The notes under the pieces: generated by a model
What the model saw: only the letters and a program-made list of their open reading frames with translations
Databases searched by the model: none
Told to the model about the DNA's origin: nothing
Translations under genes and position numbers: made by a program
In this document: in pieces, positions 1-12,600 of the stretch
Position numbering within the stretch: position 1 is the stretch's first letter
Layout: the number at the start of each line of letters is the position of its first letter
Assembly: GCA_030770535.1 (NCBI GenBank)
Contig: JASVEC010000026.1
Span: 372,001-436,000 of the forward strand
Length of the DNA: 64,000 nt
Direction of reading: 5' to 3'
From: Batkoa obscura
Lineage: Eukaryota

Positions 1-1198
1 TGATAAAAAAACCTTTTAAAATGATTGTTTATTAAACTATATTGCATATATCGACTTAGTGAGCTTTGTGGGAGTATTCAAAACCTGCTTAATTGTCAAA
101 TAAAGTCAAAAAAGTAGTAGTATTAACATCAAACTTGAACTGTTTAAAATCAAAGTAATAAGAAATAATTTATTGTAAAATAATTCTTATATACAATACA
201 AGAAGCCATGTTAAGTTTCATGACCTTTCAAAAAATAATCATGCTGCCTGTTAAATGGCACTTAATTTATTAAACGTTAACTAAAAATGTTATCTTATTG
301 TCTTTTCAAAATAATTCATTATTAAGTTTTCGAAATACTATCTCACCATTAAGTATTTAATCAAATTCTTTGATCAATAAATATATAACTTTATTTAACA
401 TTGATTAATGATTTATGTAAATTACTTAATAATACAAGTATTGCAAATTATCAACATTATTAAGTTAAAGAATACTAAAGTAACTATTTAAAAAATGATA
501 GAAAGTTGGGATTATTATTTTCGCTAATGTTGTTGCTCTATGAGTTAATTTGTGAAAATATACAAATTTACTTATGATTTAATTAATAGAATTCAAGTTA
601 AAATCGCTATTGAAGCTTTTATAATAGTAATTCTCCTTAAAGATTAAACTTAAATAAATAAAATAAAACTATAAATGTGTTATTAATAATTTTCAAACCA
701 TGTAATAAACTAAACTAGAATAGACATATATATATTGTAGGTAATTTGCAGAAATAATATTGAATAACTTTTGTTTTTATGAACTATTTATATCTAAAAT
801 CATTTTTGACTTTTTGTATAATAAAAAAACCAATGCTATGAAATTAACCTTTCAAAAATTAATATCACAAGGATAGGATATTAATAGACATATTGCATCA
901 CTTAAATTACATAAAGATATAACAACCTATCCATTTTGAATTAGCAGTTGAGCAGAAAAGGTAGTCCAAAAATCTAATTAACTGAAAAAAAGCAAAAAAA
1001 AAAGTGGAGGCACGTTCAAAAAAGAACTTGGATAACTGAAAGGATTAATATAAAATTAATAAAAAACCAAGAATGTAAGGTAACGTAAAAACAGTTAAAA
1101 TGAAAAGCAAGGAAAATAAAACTGACGTTGGATAGCAATACATAAATAAATATATTTAAGAAATAAAAGACATTTTTTTAATATTATTTTTTAAAAAT

Positions 1199-2665
1199 AT
1201 GATGATAAAATTTTTTGTACCCTTATTACTTTTACTTAAATATACCTTTGGAAAAGCTGACATAGCTGATTCTGTGTTAGCTGATTTAGATAGTAAAGAA
1301 TGGGTAGAATATTTGGTACAATTGGAGCCACATCCAGAAATTAAAAAGGATGCTAGCGGTAATGTAGAAATAAATCAATTACAACGACATGCTCAAAAGT
1401 CCCAAACCGAGTTGATGCAAAAACTTCAAGCTGCTCAAGAAAGTGGAGAAGTAAAGTATTATAAATCCTATTATATTACCAACACTATTGCTGTAAGCAG
1501 TAAAAAGAATATGATTAATGAGATTGAGCAATTAGATAATGTAGAAGAAATTTCTAGTAATAGAAAATTTTTAGTGAAAGGAAGCAATAGCAATGTCAAC
1601 AATGAAGCTATTGTATTAAATGAAGTAAATTGGACTGGCGATACATCCCATTGGAGTATAGATTACATCAATGCTTCAAATATAAGTAGCAGCGCTAGAA
1701 GGAATGCCGCTGGATTGAGATATGCCAATGCTGACACTGGCGTACAATATGACCATCCTGCCTTAGTAAGCAACTATTTAGGCGCTTTATCGGATGGAAC
1801 ATTTGATCATAATTATTTTTGGTGGGACGCAAATAAGAAAGCCAATAGCAGTCGCCCTAATTCAAAATGTGGAATCAATTCCCCTATTCCTTGTGGAGAT
1901 GATGATCATGGCACTCATACTATGTCAACAGTTGTAGGCTCACTTAATTTAGGGATTTCTCCTACCACTAAATGGATGGCTTGCAAGAATATGGATAACA
2001 ATTTTGGCTCCCCTGAATCTTATTTAGGATGTTTACAATTCTTCCTAGCTCCTACTAAATTGGATGGCACCGATCCAAAGCCTGAATTGCGTCCCCATGT
2101 GATTGGTAATTCTTATACCTGCCCACCATCAGAAGGCTGTTCTTCTACCACTTTCCAATATGCTTTAAAAGCTCTTAAAATGGCAGGTGTTCTCATGTCT
2201 GTATCAGCAGGAAATTCAGGAGCCGATGGGTGTGGTTCTATTCAATATCCCCCAGCCATTGACCCAAATTCATTTACTGTAGGAGCTTTAAATTATAAGA
2301 GCGATGGTCGAGCTTATTTTTCCTCAATGGGACCAGTACCTTCAAGAATAAATTTATCTGGCCTAGACATTATGGCACCAGGGGTTAATATCACAGGTGC
2401 AGCTTTAGGTTCTTCTTATAAATCATTGGCAGGTACATCTATGGCTTCACCACATGTTTCTGGAGCAGCATTGTTAATAATGGCAGCCTGTCCTCATTTA
2501 GAAAGAAAAGTTGATGAGGTTGAAATCCTTATACGACAAACTGCTACCCCACTTTATTCTAAATTAGGTTGTGGCGGTGATATAGGTACAACTTATCCTA
2601 ATAATGAATTTGGGTATGGAAAAATTAATGTTGGCAAAGCTATCGAAATGTGCCAATCTAGTTAG
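1199..2665 (+). CDS. Secreted subtilisin-like serine protease (S8A, bacillopeptidase F-like) with I9-type propeptide
   Basis: Intronless 488-aa ORF with a hydrophobic N-terminus. Catalytic triad motifs are ADTG (Asp), HGTHT (His) and GTSMASPHV (Ser), with oxyanion Asn in SAGNSG. The segments FFLAPT..G.DP.P..RPHVIGNSY and PNNEFGYG are typical of the bacillopeptidase-F-like subfamily. Confidence 0.95.
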   Translation: MMIKFFVPLLLLLKYTFGKADIADSVLADLDSKEWVEYLVQLEPHPEIKKDASGNVEINQLQRHAQKSQTELMQKLQAAQESGEVKYYKSYYITNTIAVSSKKNMINEIEQLDNVEEISSNRKFLVKGSNSNVNNEAIVLNEVNWTGDTSHWSIDYINASNISSSARRNAAGLRYANADTGVQYDHPALVSNYLGALSDGTFDHNYFWWDANKKANSSRPNSKCGINSPIPCGDDDHGTHTMSTVVGSLNLGISPTTKWMACKNMDNNFGSPESYLGCLQFFLAPTKLDGTDPKPELRPHVIGNSYTCPPSEGCSSTTFQYALKALKMAGVLMSVSAGNSGADGCGSIQYPPAIDPNSFTVGALNYKSDGRAYFSSMGPVPSRINLSGLDIMAPGVNITGAALGSSYKSLAGTSMASPHVSGAALLIMAACPHLERKVDEVEILIRQTATPLYSKLGCGGDIGTTYPNNEFGYGKINVGKAIEMCQSS

Positions 2666-3325
2666 CTTATAACCCTTATCTTTGATTTTAAAAGCATCTA
2701 TTTGATTTAATCGTTGTTTATATTAGCATTTTAATAAACTAATTTTAAATTTTATCTTAAATCTTATCTTTATTTTTATTTTTATTTTTACTTTTATTAT
2801 TAAATACTTAGCTAGACTACAATTTATATTAGCTAATATCATATTTTATAGATATATATCTTTTAATTTCAATTCTAATAAGTTATTACAATTTTAATTT
2901 TAAAATCATAAAGTGTTCATATTACTTGATGGTACATTTGAAGTATAAATATTTTTGTTTGTTAAAAATAAGTTGTACAAAATTATAAAAAGCGATAAGA
3001 AAATAATAGTAGACATTTGATAGTTTAATAAAAGTACAAATATGAAAATAAATAGCAAATTAAGAAAAAATAACAATAAAAAGTAATAGACAATGACAAA
3101 CAGGTTTATATAGAGAACATGAGCAGTAGTGTATCCTAAAATTGACAAGAATTGATGTTTTTTAGTTATAAAAATAATCATAACTTTAAAATCTTACCAA
3201 TAAAAATAAGTAATGACCATATGACTAAATGAAATGAATTTGATTGACGTGTTGCATTTAGTTAAAAATTTAAACATATAAAAAGAATAGTAAAGAAATA
3301 AATACTTTTTTTATTAATAACAAAT

Positions 3326-4463
3326 ATGGTCAATCGTTTACAAGATAAAGTCGCAATCATCACTGGTGCTGCTAGGTAAATAAATAAATAACTCTTAATA
3401 AATAATGAATAGCTAAACTTTATTCAATAAATAGTGGTATAGGTTTAGAAAGCAGTATCTTATTTTTACAAGAAGGAGCCAAAGTAGTGTTAGCTGATAT
3501 TAATATTAAAGCAATAGAAGAAAAATTAGATGTCATAAAAAAGAATGTTGATTTCAATATTGAAGATAAAATTTTAATAGCTCAAGTGGATATCTCAAAA
3601 GAGGCTCAAGTAAAAGAGTTAGTAGAAAAATGTGTTACAAAGTTTGGTAAGCTAATTTAGATTACATTAACAACTTAATTTTTATATAAAGGTAAACTTA
3701 ATATTATCTTTAATAATGCTGGTATTATGCATCCAAAGGATGACAATGCTATCACTACTCCTGAAGATATTTGGTAATTATTATTGATAGCTATTTTTAT
3801 CCCATATTGATATATTTCAAAATAGGGATTTGACTATGAACATTAACTTAAAAGGAGTATGGTTCGGATGCAAGCATGCAATTGAACAAATGCTTAAGAA
3901 TGGAGGTGGCTCAATTATAAATACAGCTAGTTTTGTTGCTGTCATGGGCGCTGCTACCCCACAGTTAGCTTGTAATATGGGTTTTAAATTAAAGCTTAAT
4001 TTACTAATTTTTATTAGACACTGCTTCTAAAGGTGCTGTTTTAGCAATGAGGTAAATTAGTTATTTAGTACTTCTGTTCAATATTTAATGTATTTTAGTC
4101 GTGAATTAGCAATGGTACATGCTAGAGATAACATTCGAGTCAACTCCCTTTGCCCAGGTCCATTAAAGACACCTCTTTTAATGGAGTTTTTGGACACTGC
4201 AGAAAAGAAAGAAAGACGTATGGTTCATTTACCAATGGGTAGATTCGGTAATCTGATCTTGAATGTTTTAGTCATTTTATTAAAAGTATTTTATAGGTGA
4301 GGCTATTGAACAAGCTTATGCTGCCTTATTTTTAGCTTCAGATGAATCTTCTTATATTACTGGTACTGACTTTTTAGTTGATGGTGGATTATCAAATGCG
4401 TACGTTACTCCTCAGGGTGACACTAAATCTGTACCCCCAGTAAACTTTCAAAATCGCCTTTAA
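3326..4463 (+). CDS. Short-chain dehydrogenase/reductase (classical SDR), multi-exon
   Basis: Spliced manually: MVNRLQDKVAIITGAASGIGLE (TGxxxGxG), FNNAGI, NTAS, YTASKGAV (YxxxK, split by an intron), RVNSLCPG and ITGTDFLVDGG. Stop TAA at 4461-4463; GT-AG introns. Confidence 0.92.
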
Positions 4464-4523
4464 GTAAAATAAGAATAAACATAATTTCATATAAACTATT
4501 TGTTACACATTCTATATTATTAA

Positions 4524-5643
4524 TTAATCTAAATTTAATATTAATCCATCAAAGGCAGGATATAGATTAAATGAATTTTCTAAACTTATTTGACTAAATC
4601 TTTTTTCTAACTCATAGTGATCTAACTGATGCGCCATACCAACAGTATAACATAATTTTGGCTGGATCAATTCACATTCCCTCAACATCTGTTCCATACC
4701 AAAATGAGATGCATATGGCTCCTCTATAAACAACAGTTTCAATATGATACTTTATTATATAAAAACAATCTATTACCTTTTAATAAATCTAAAATCAAGA
4801 TATTACAATTTAGCATATATTCTCTCGATTGATCGGATATTTTATTTGTATCAGAAACGAAACAAATATCATCAATCTTATATGCAAAGCACATATATGG
4901 TGTTATTTTATCTGAGTAAAGGCCATGTTCGACTAAGTCAGGGCTTAATTTAATATACAAAAAGATACAAGCATATGAAACTACCTGGTAAAGGGGTGAT
5001 ATCTACACCAAAGATAGAAAACGGCTCATATTCACTAATAATGTTAAAGTCTAATTTAGCTACCGCACCGCCACCTTAAAAAGTTTAATTTAAATATTTC
5101 TTGAAAAAAGTTTAATTTTACCCGTTGCTTTGCTAGTATCAACTAGATAAGGGAAAGTTGATCTAGCTACATTCATAGTTTCTCGATTTAAATAAACAGG
5201 TATAGTTTTTGATTCCATCACATCACACCATGGTCTTAGATCATCTAAACCAAACATGGCGTCTGCATGTCCGTGAGTTATAACAACAGCATCAATGTGC
5301 TTTATATCATTTTCAATAAAGTGATTTAATGTCGAATCTAAATACGTCAATGATGTATATTTGAACTAAAAAAATCCTTTACTATAAAAAGTTTTCCCAC
5401 AGTCTAATAAAATATTTCTAATCACAATTAATGTAGTTTAATTCATCTAAATATATATTACTTTTCTCTATTCTCTTCGTCTAACACTTGAATTAAAACG
5501 GATATATTTCCTCGTACGTTTTTACTATTTCTATTTAATACATAATCATTACAAACTTTACAATCTCTTTTATGGGTAATGCAATGAACATTAGGTAAAC
5601 TTGAGCTTGGTCCTGTGCCCAAAAATATAATTTTCTTTATCAT
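4524..5643 (-). CDS. Metallo-beta-lactamase-fold hydrolase (PhnP-like family), multi-exon
   Basis: Exons encode IIFLGTGPSS, CKVC, RGNIS, ILLDCGK, THGHADAMFGLDDLR, VEHG, SDT, ILILD, SHF and GMAH, ending in AFDGL. Confidence 0.88.
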
Positions 5644-5919
5644 TAATGTATGCTGTAAATAAAAGTGCTATTTTTTGTTTTGTTTTATTAATTAAAACTC
5701 AGTATTGAAATCAAGGTAAATATAATGGATTAGCCCAAAATTTTGCATCAAAATCTAAATATAACTTTTAGATAAAAATGAAATAGAATGGATAAATTAT
5801 CAATAGCCAATCAAAAATTTAACAATCAAAATTTTTGAATTTTAAAACTTGAAGCCACAAAAAAAATTTGTCTACTATAATAATCAACTAAAAGTTTTAC
5901 CGTTTCAAATAAGAGCAGA

Positions 5920-8042
5920 ATGAGCAGCCATAGAAGTGGAAGTGAAATGGAAAGTGGTGGCAGTTTTCAAAGTACTAATCCTGAAAAGAAAGGATGGATT
6001 CCTATGAAACAACCAAATAATAGTTATAAAAGTAGTCAGTTAGATGAGCTCATGGAAGACGGTAAAAGCAGCTCAAGGACTATCAGTCGTTCAAATAAGT
6101 CTACAATGTCAAGTCGATCGTATAAAACAGAAAAGAGTAGCTTTTCAAATGTTTTGGTTAATCTAGAACTAGTTAATTCATTAGTTAATGAGTTACAGCA
6201 AGGTATTTACTTAACTTAAACGTTAAAAGTAATTTATTTTATTTTATTTTATTAGTAACATTAGCGTCTACTAATTTTCAAGTAAAATGGGAAAATTTTA
6301 TTAATATTAAAAGTATATTAAAAAAATTAGAAGAGGAACAAAAAGGTAATTAAATTTAAAATAATCTACATAAGTAATAAAAAATAATAAAATAGATAAT
6401 TTATTCCAAGTAAAAGAAGAAATTGATACGGACAGGTTTGAAGGAAAGTTAATAAAACTTATAAAATTTATTGACCAGAGCCATGAACGAGAGTTAGAAT
6501 CTGAAGAAAGAAAGCGTAGAATAAAAGAGGAGATGGGAATTGAGCATAAGTTTGATCAACTAAATTTAAATGGAGATTTTGTTTATCCTGAGCAGATAGA
6601 TTTGTTTCACTTATCGTCAGATTACTCACTTAAAAAAGGACGAGGTATTAGGTTGAATTCAGACGTTATGGTAACTTAATTTCTTTTATTAAAATATATT
6701 ATATTTATGCATCATATAACCAGAAAGGAAGTAAGATATTCCAAATACCAATTCATTGTATGATGACATCAATTGATGCATGCTTAGATAAAGATATGAG
6801 TAATTTAACTTATACTAAATAATAATAATAGGAATAACAAGTAAATAGATTATTTAATGGAAGGGATATTCGATATAACCCACTGTAATCCAAAATTGAG
6901 ATTGACTTTTTATCTTTATTTGCAAAAAATAAAAGGGATTTCGAGTAAATATCAAAGCTATATTGATACTTTACCATATAAGCCCAATTCGCCCCTATTT
7001 TATTCAATTAAAGATATCGAGCCTTTTAAAAGTTCATATATAATAGGTAATATTATAATATTAATAGTATTTAATGTATTATAACATCATTTAAATAATA
7101 GGAGATATAATGAATCAAACAATAGAATGTGCCCGATATTATTGTAATTTGTACCAACAATTGAAAAATAAAAATTACTTCGATATCAAAAAATTTACAT
7201 TTAGTTCGTTTAAATGGTGCTATGCTATTGTATTAACGCGAAGTATCAACCTGCCGTTACCTACGCCTAAAATGAATAATTTTTTCCGACAATGTCAAGA
7301 AGTAGCTTTGATTCCAGTAGCTGATATATTTAACTTTGATTTTGACGCCTCTGATCCCATCTTTAATCGAAATACAGCTTGTTTAGAGTTGATTGCAGAT
7401 AATATCTTATATGAAGATCAAGAGGTAATATTAGAATATTTATATAAAAGATATTTAATAAGTATTTTGTTTTAGATATTTATCAAATATCCAGTGTTGG
7501 ACAACCGTGAACTGTTTTTAAGGTACGGTATTATCAATGAGAGGGGACTACCATTTGATACAATTAGGATGGGTATTAATATATTAAAAAGCGATGATAA
7601 TGATAGTACTCGATTAAAATTAAGTGAAGTATTAAATATACCGCCTTATCATTATATAAAGTTACAACGTAATCAACTGGTCAACAACAATAGTAAAGTA
7701 AAATTAATGATAGCGATTGCTAGTTATAATAAGTTTAAGTTAAAAGAGATAGAAACACAAATAGTAAAGAAAGGAATATCAGGTAGAGAAATGATCAATA
7801 AGATAGAAAACGATGAACATATATGGGATTTGATACGGCAATATTTTATTAATAATTTACAATTTCATTTGAATTATTCTATACCTTTTTCAAATTTAGA
7901 AAAATTAGTACAATCTTTAGACCTTAATTCAGCTTCTTCGTTTCCTAAATTTTGGTTAATTAATCTTATCCTTTTTGAAATTAAATTTTTAAATCAATCT
8001 TTAGCTTGCTTTAATGATCAGATTTCTCCACATCAATTATAA
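5920..8042 (+). CDS. SET-domain methyltransferase-like protein (Rubisco-LSMT/SETD3/SETD6 class), multi-exon
   Basis: Exons give KGRGIRL, SKYQSYIDTLP, FKWCYAIVLTRS, ALIPVADIFN and IFIKY...NRELFLRYG, followed by a helical C-terminal domain. Joining of the N-terminal exons is less certain. Confidence 0.75.
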
Positions 8043-8404
8043 AAGCCCTACTTCAATCTATTTCCTATCACCCCTTTCTGTCCCCCTTTTCAATAGTTTG
8101 TTTGTCATTTCGTTCTTCTTTTTTGTACATAATAAATAAGTCTCTTTTTAAAAGTTGAGTTTATGCTGTGTGTAATTTTTTAATTGCGTATACATACGGA
8201 AGCTTTGGTTATCTGAGATAACCAAACATCATCGAATCTTAGATATAGATAATAGAGAGTAGATTGTAATTACTTTATTTATTTTTTTAAAAACAAATTA
8301 AGTTATATAAACCTAGGTGTTACCCTGGTTAAAATTGTCAATATTTTACTGGGAACATTGTATATATTTTCTTATATTTTCAGCTTTAAAAGGTTATCTT
8401 AGTC

Positions 8405-9910
8405 TTATAAAATCTTATATTTATAAATTTTATCTTTACTGAGGCTAAACTTAAATCTAAGATTTTGTTTATTATAATGCACACAAGTCAACATTGGAAC
8501 TTTTCTAATCTCATTATAAAAGGCTGGGCTTAGATTAGATGTATTATATTCATCAGTTGTGATAAACAATAAAGGGGTGGAAAGCCTATAGTCAACTTTC
8601 GAGTATGTGCCTTTTAGCTCAAAGCTCCTAATTCTAAGTACATCAAGATTTAGAAGAGAGGGTAAAATGTAAGATAACTCAAGTGACTGATAAAATGAGC
8701 TGACTCTAAGCTCTTTAGCGAATTTCCACTTGATTTTGTTCTCCCTCCTGTTATACAAGCTATTATCACTAAATATTTCCTTGATATTATCTCCTAAACC
8801 AATGACATAAATGCTTTGAATATTTGGCAATAAACAGATTGAGTTTAATAGTTTTGTTGAAAATTCACTAATTTCAATTTTTTTTAAGTTGATAATCTTA
8901 AAAAGTCACTATCAATTGAGCATTCCCAACCTACTGAGCCCAAACCAACAAAGTTACTATTTTCAAATAATTATATATTAATGCGATTTCCATTATTCGT
9001 ATTGGAAAAAAGTCAACTTCATCTATTGATTTATACTTTTTAATTTTCCTAAATCACCAAAACATCTAATATTAAAATCAATGTCAAGGCACCCCTCAAT
9101 GTTTAGCTCTAAATTGGAAGCAAAATTTATATTAGGGTTGATTCCAGTAGAAATGATTGATCCTTCTGCCTCTAATTTTAACATTTTAAAATTATTAGAT
9201 TTTGATTTAATGATATCTAATCTATTGAGATATACGTCATTTCTAGAAAATATTTTAGGTGAGTTTAATTCACCTGGATTCAAATGTTTAATAATATCTT
9301 TAATGGTTATACTATCTTCATTGTCTACGCCATTTTCGATAACTTCAAGCATTTTTACATGTTTTAAATATCCATCTAGTAGCTCCTAGTAATTTTTTAT
9401 AATTTAAAGAGCATAAATTTATCTTTTTCAAACTTGGTGACTTAATGTTTACTATATTTTTATCAATATTTTTTTTATCACATTATTGATTTTTTCCCTT
9501 TCAATATCATCATCATCGCTATTTTCTTCTTCTTCATTCTCTTCTTCATAATAAAGCTCTTCTTTATAGTCACTTTAATTGGCATCATAGTTTTCAAAGA
9601 CCTCAACTCCAACCTCATAATATATAAACTCTACATTTGAAGAACGACTTAGACACTCAAGATCATTGTAGTCTATACTCACACGTTTCATCAATGGCCC
9701 ATTCTGTTCAATAAATCTGCGTTGACAAACAGTATATTTTCGATACTTTTTATAATTTTCATAAACTGAGTAAACCAGATTGTATTTGATGGCCCTATTT
9801 TGAATGTTAAATATATATTTCCTTAAGAAATGTAACTCAAATGACTCTTCTGGATCCTAAAACTTGAATATTTTTGTAAAACAATATCTGGCAATAAACC
9901 GAGTTTTGGG
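8405..9910 (-). pseudogene. F-box-like/LRR-like family pseudogene (copy A)
   Basis: Begins LLPDIVL..IFKF*DPEE.FELHFLRKYIF...RAIKYNLVYSVYENY and is homologous to copies B-E. Contains multiple stops and frameshifts (ORF fragments 9023-9352, 8405-8830). Confidence 0.7.
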
Positions 9911-10602
9911 TATTTTAGAATGAAATAAGAAATGAATTTTAAATTTTTGATTTAGAACACCGTTATAGTGGAAAGTTTATATGAAATATTGCTGAAGAAA
10001 TAGAATACTATTTGCCAAATCTTGAAGCAAATTTCTATAAGTCAAATAATTATTTGACGAAGAATATAAAGATATAAAAAGGACTATCAATAAACTAACC
10101 AGTTATAATAGTATAACAATATTAACCATATTTTGACTCCAATTAGACAATTAATTAGAAAAAGCCCAAACTAAATGAATATTTAAAGAAAATCGAATAA
10201 ATAAAAAACCCAGTTTAATCTAGTATAAAAAAGGATTATTTTATAATTCAAAGTCACTATTACATTTCATGATTTGGCTAATATAGTCTGTAATCTTTAG
10301 CCCAATTATGTTAAAAAGTAATAATAGTATGTTTTATTATGATTTTTGCAACCTGTTTTATCATCTGTTTTATAATTCGTTTGTACTATTTAAAACAAAC
10401 TAATATACAACATTGGGAACAGGCAATAATTAGTAGCCTTTCTAACGATGTATAAAGTACTTAAAAAACTTAATTTTCTAAATAATCAAAATTATTAACA
10501 TCATTTAATTTAGTTTTTATTTATTAGTAATATTTGAAAACAAAATCAATTGCTTAAAATTAATAGAGCATTTCCAAAAATAAAGAAAAGTCATATTTGA
10601 TT

Positions 10603-12600
10603 TTATTGATTACTATTATAACTTAAATCCAAATTATTTAATAAATCCTGAGTACCGAAATTAGATTTTAACCAAAGTATAACTTGTTGTTGAGATATAT
10701 CAGGATTTAATAAATAATGAATATCTAATTTCAGTTTAATTGTCTTTAAATATTTACTTTGATTCAAGGTTAATATAGCTTGGATTTGAGCTCCCTAATG
10801 AAACCAAAAGTTTAGATTATTAATATGATATATGTGTTTGATCCTTACACTTAATATAGATGGGATTAAATGTACTTTATCTAATGATTCCTTGTTTATA
10901 AAATCCAATAATTTACTCATTTGGTTTATAAATGAATTGAATTGCTCTAATAAAATGATATAAATATTTTTAACATTAAATAATAATTAAACTTTTACCT
11001 TGTTTTATAATATTTATTTCTAATTTACTTAATTGCTCACTAATTAAAAACAAGATAGTTTCATACAATTTATCGCCATTTTTTTTAATAAATAAACCTA
11101 TTAAACAATAAATAAATATATACTAGTTTTAGTAATATTACCTATATTGGATCTTGTCCATTTGGCAGGACTTAATGAGAATAATTGATTCAACTGAAAG
11201 TAAGCTTGGAATAAATAAACAATAAAACCAACAGCTTGGAATTGAGGTAGCTAACAAAGTTGATAATTACTTTATATAACTTAAAATATTAATTATTAAT
11301 TACTCGAATTTCACTCTTTAATATTTTCTTAACTACACATGTAGGCGTTGAATTCGATTTCAGGTAAACATTATTAAAAGAGATAAGGTAGCCAGCTAAT
11401 AATAGCCATGGAGATGAAAGTTCATTCAAAGTTGACTGTATTTGAGGATAGTTTTCTAATAATAAATTTACTGACTCATTGGTAATTGCGTTTTTAATTA
11501 ATGAATTAATGTTTTTAGCCATAATAAAATTGAAATTGATTGAAGATAAATCTAAACTCGGGATACCTTTTACACAAAATAATGTGTTGTATAAACCTAA
11601 TTGTTGAATCAATTGAAACCCGGTAATACAATTTTTGTCTTAAAGTATTCATTAATAAATAATTAATAGTTGTATATTAAGTTCAATTTACGTTTAGTTA
11701 TTTTATTGACTTCTCGACCTATCCTTTCTTTTGCTATCTTATTTTTTAACAAAACCTAACATTTGATTCAAATTGAATGCCTATTATTTAAAACTAATAA
11801 ATCAATATTACTTTAACCTGTTCCACTTTAGCAGCCTCAATAATATCATCATCTAATTTAAACTGTAATACAGTAGAAAATCGAATGCATCTTAACAAAC
11901 CAAAAGGATCTTTTAGAAAAAAACATTCAGCTTGTCTACAAGTTCTAATGATTTTATTATTTAAATCGCTGATTCCCTTTTATAAATATTGTTAATAAAA
12001 TTATAACTTTCTAATTTAATTTACCATGTTTGTAAAATCTTCTATTTGTTTTGTATTAATGTTATAATACAAAGAATTAATAGTTATATCTCTTCTCATT
12101 GTATCTTCATAGATTAAATTATCACACTAACAATATCAATAATATATTCTTTAATTAATAAAGTACTTACCACAGTCGCTTTGTCATCAGTTGACTCCAA
12201 ATAATTAAATAAATCAACAACATCCACCTTTAAATTATCAATAGTAAAATTGGCTGATTGTATTAACTTTAGTTTATTGTCATTACTTTTAATAGTACCA
12301 AAAGTGATGTCAATTTCCCTATTTTTTAAATAAATACTTAATGCCTTGATGAATTCAAGTGCTCTCATTTTAGTTATCATCAGATCAATATCTTCACTCT
12401 CTTTATTTAATAACTTAAGCGTAAGTTAGCTTTTAATTTGAGTATGAAATTAAAATTAAAATTACTTTATCTCTAACCCATCCTCCAGCTACTCTTACAG
12501 CCAGCTTACTCTCTTGACCTTGATTTATTGCTTCACTAAACTCAAATAATAAATTAATTAATTTATCCTCTTTTTTCGTTAAACTAATATTTGTTGACAT
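10603..12600 (-). CDS. tRNA nucleotidyltransferase (class II CCA-adding family), divergent paralog, multi-exon
   Basis: Spliced manually: MSTNISLT...VRVAGGWVRDK|LLNKESEDIDL (motif A DxD), VDVV, EDTMRRDITINSLYYN (motif D), KDPFGLLRCIRF and IAKERIGREVNK. Last exon is homologous to that of the copy at 40316-42410; stop at 10603-10605. Confidence 0.85.

Noticed and set aside
2906..3181. Hydrophobic 91-aa ORF and similar short ORFs (43348-43590, 59853-60068, 62763-62945)
   Set aside because: Composition reflects AT-rich non-coding or antisense DNA; no motifs.
5250..5290. HGHADA instead of HxHxDH in the MBL hydrolase as a novel inactivation
   Set aside because: As recalled, this Ala variant is usual in the eukaryotic PhnP-like subfamily, so it is probably not unusual.
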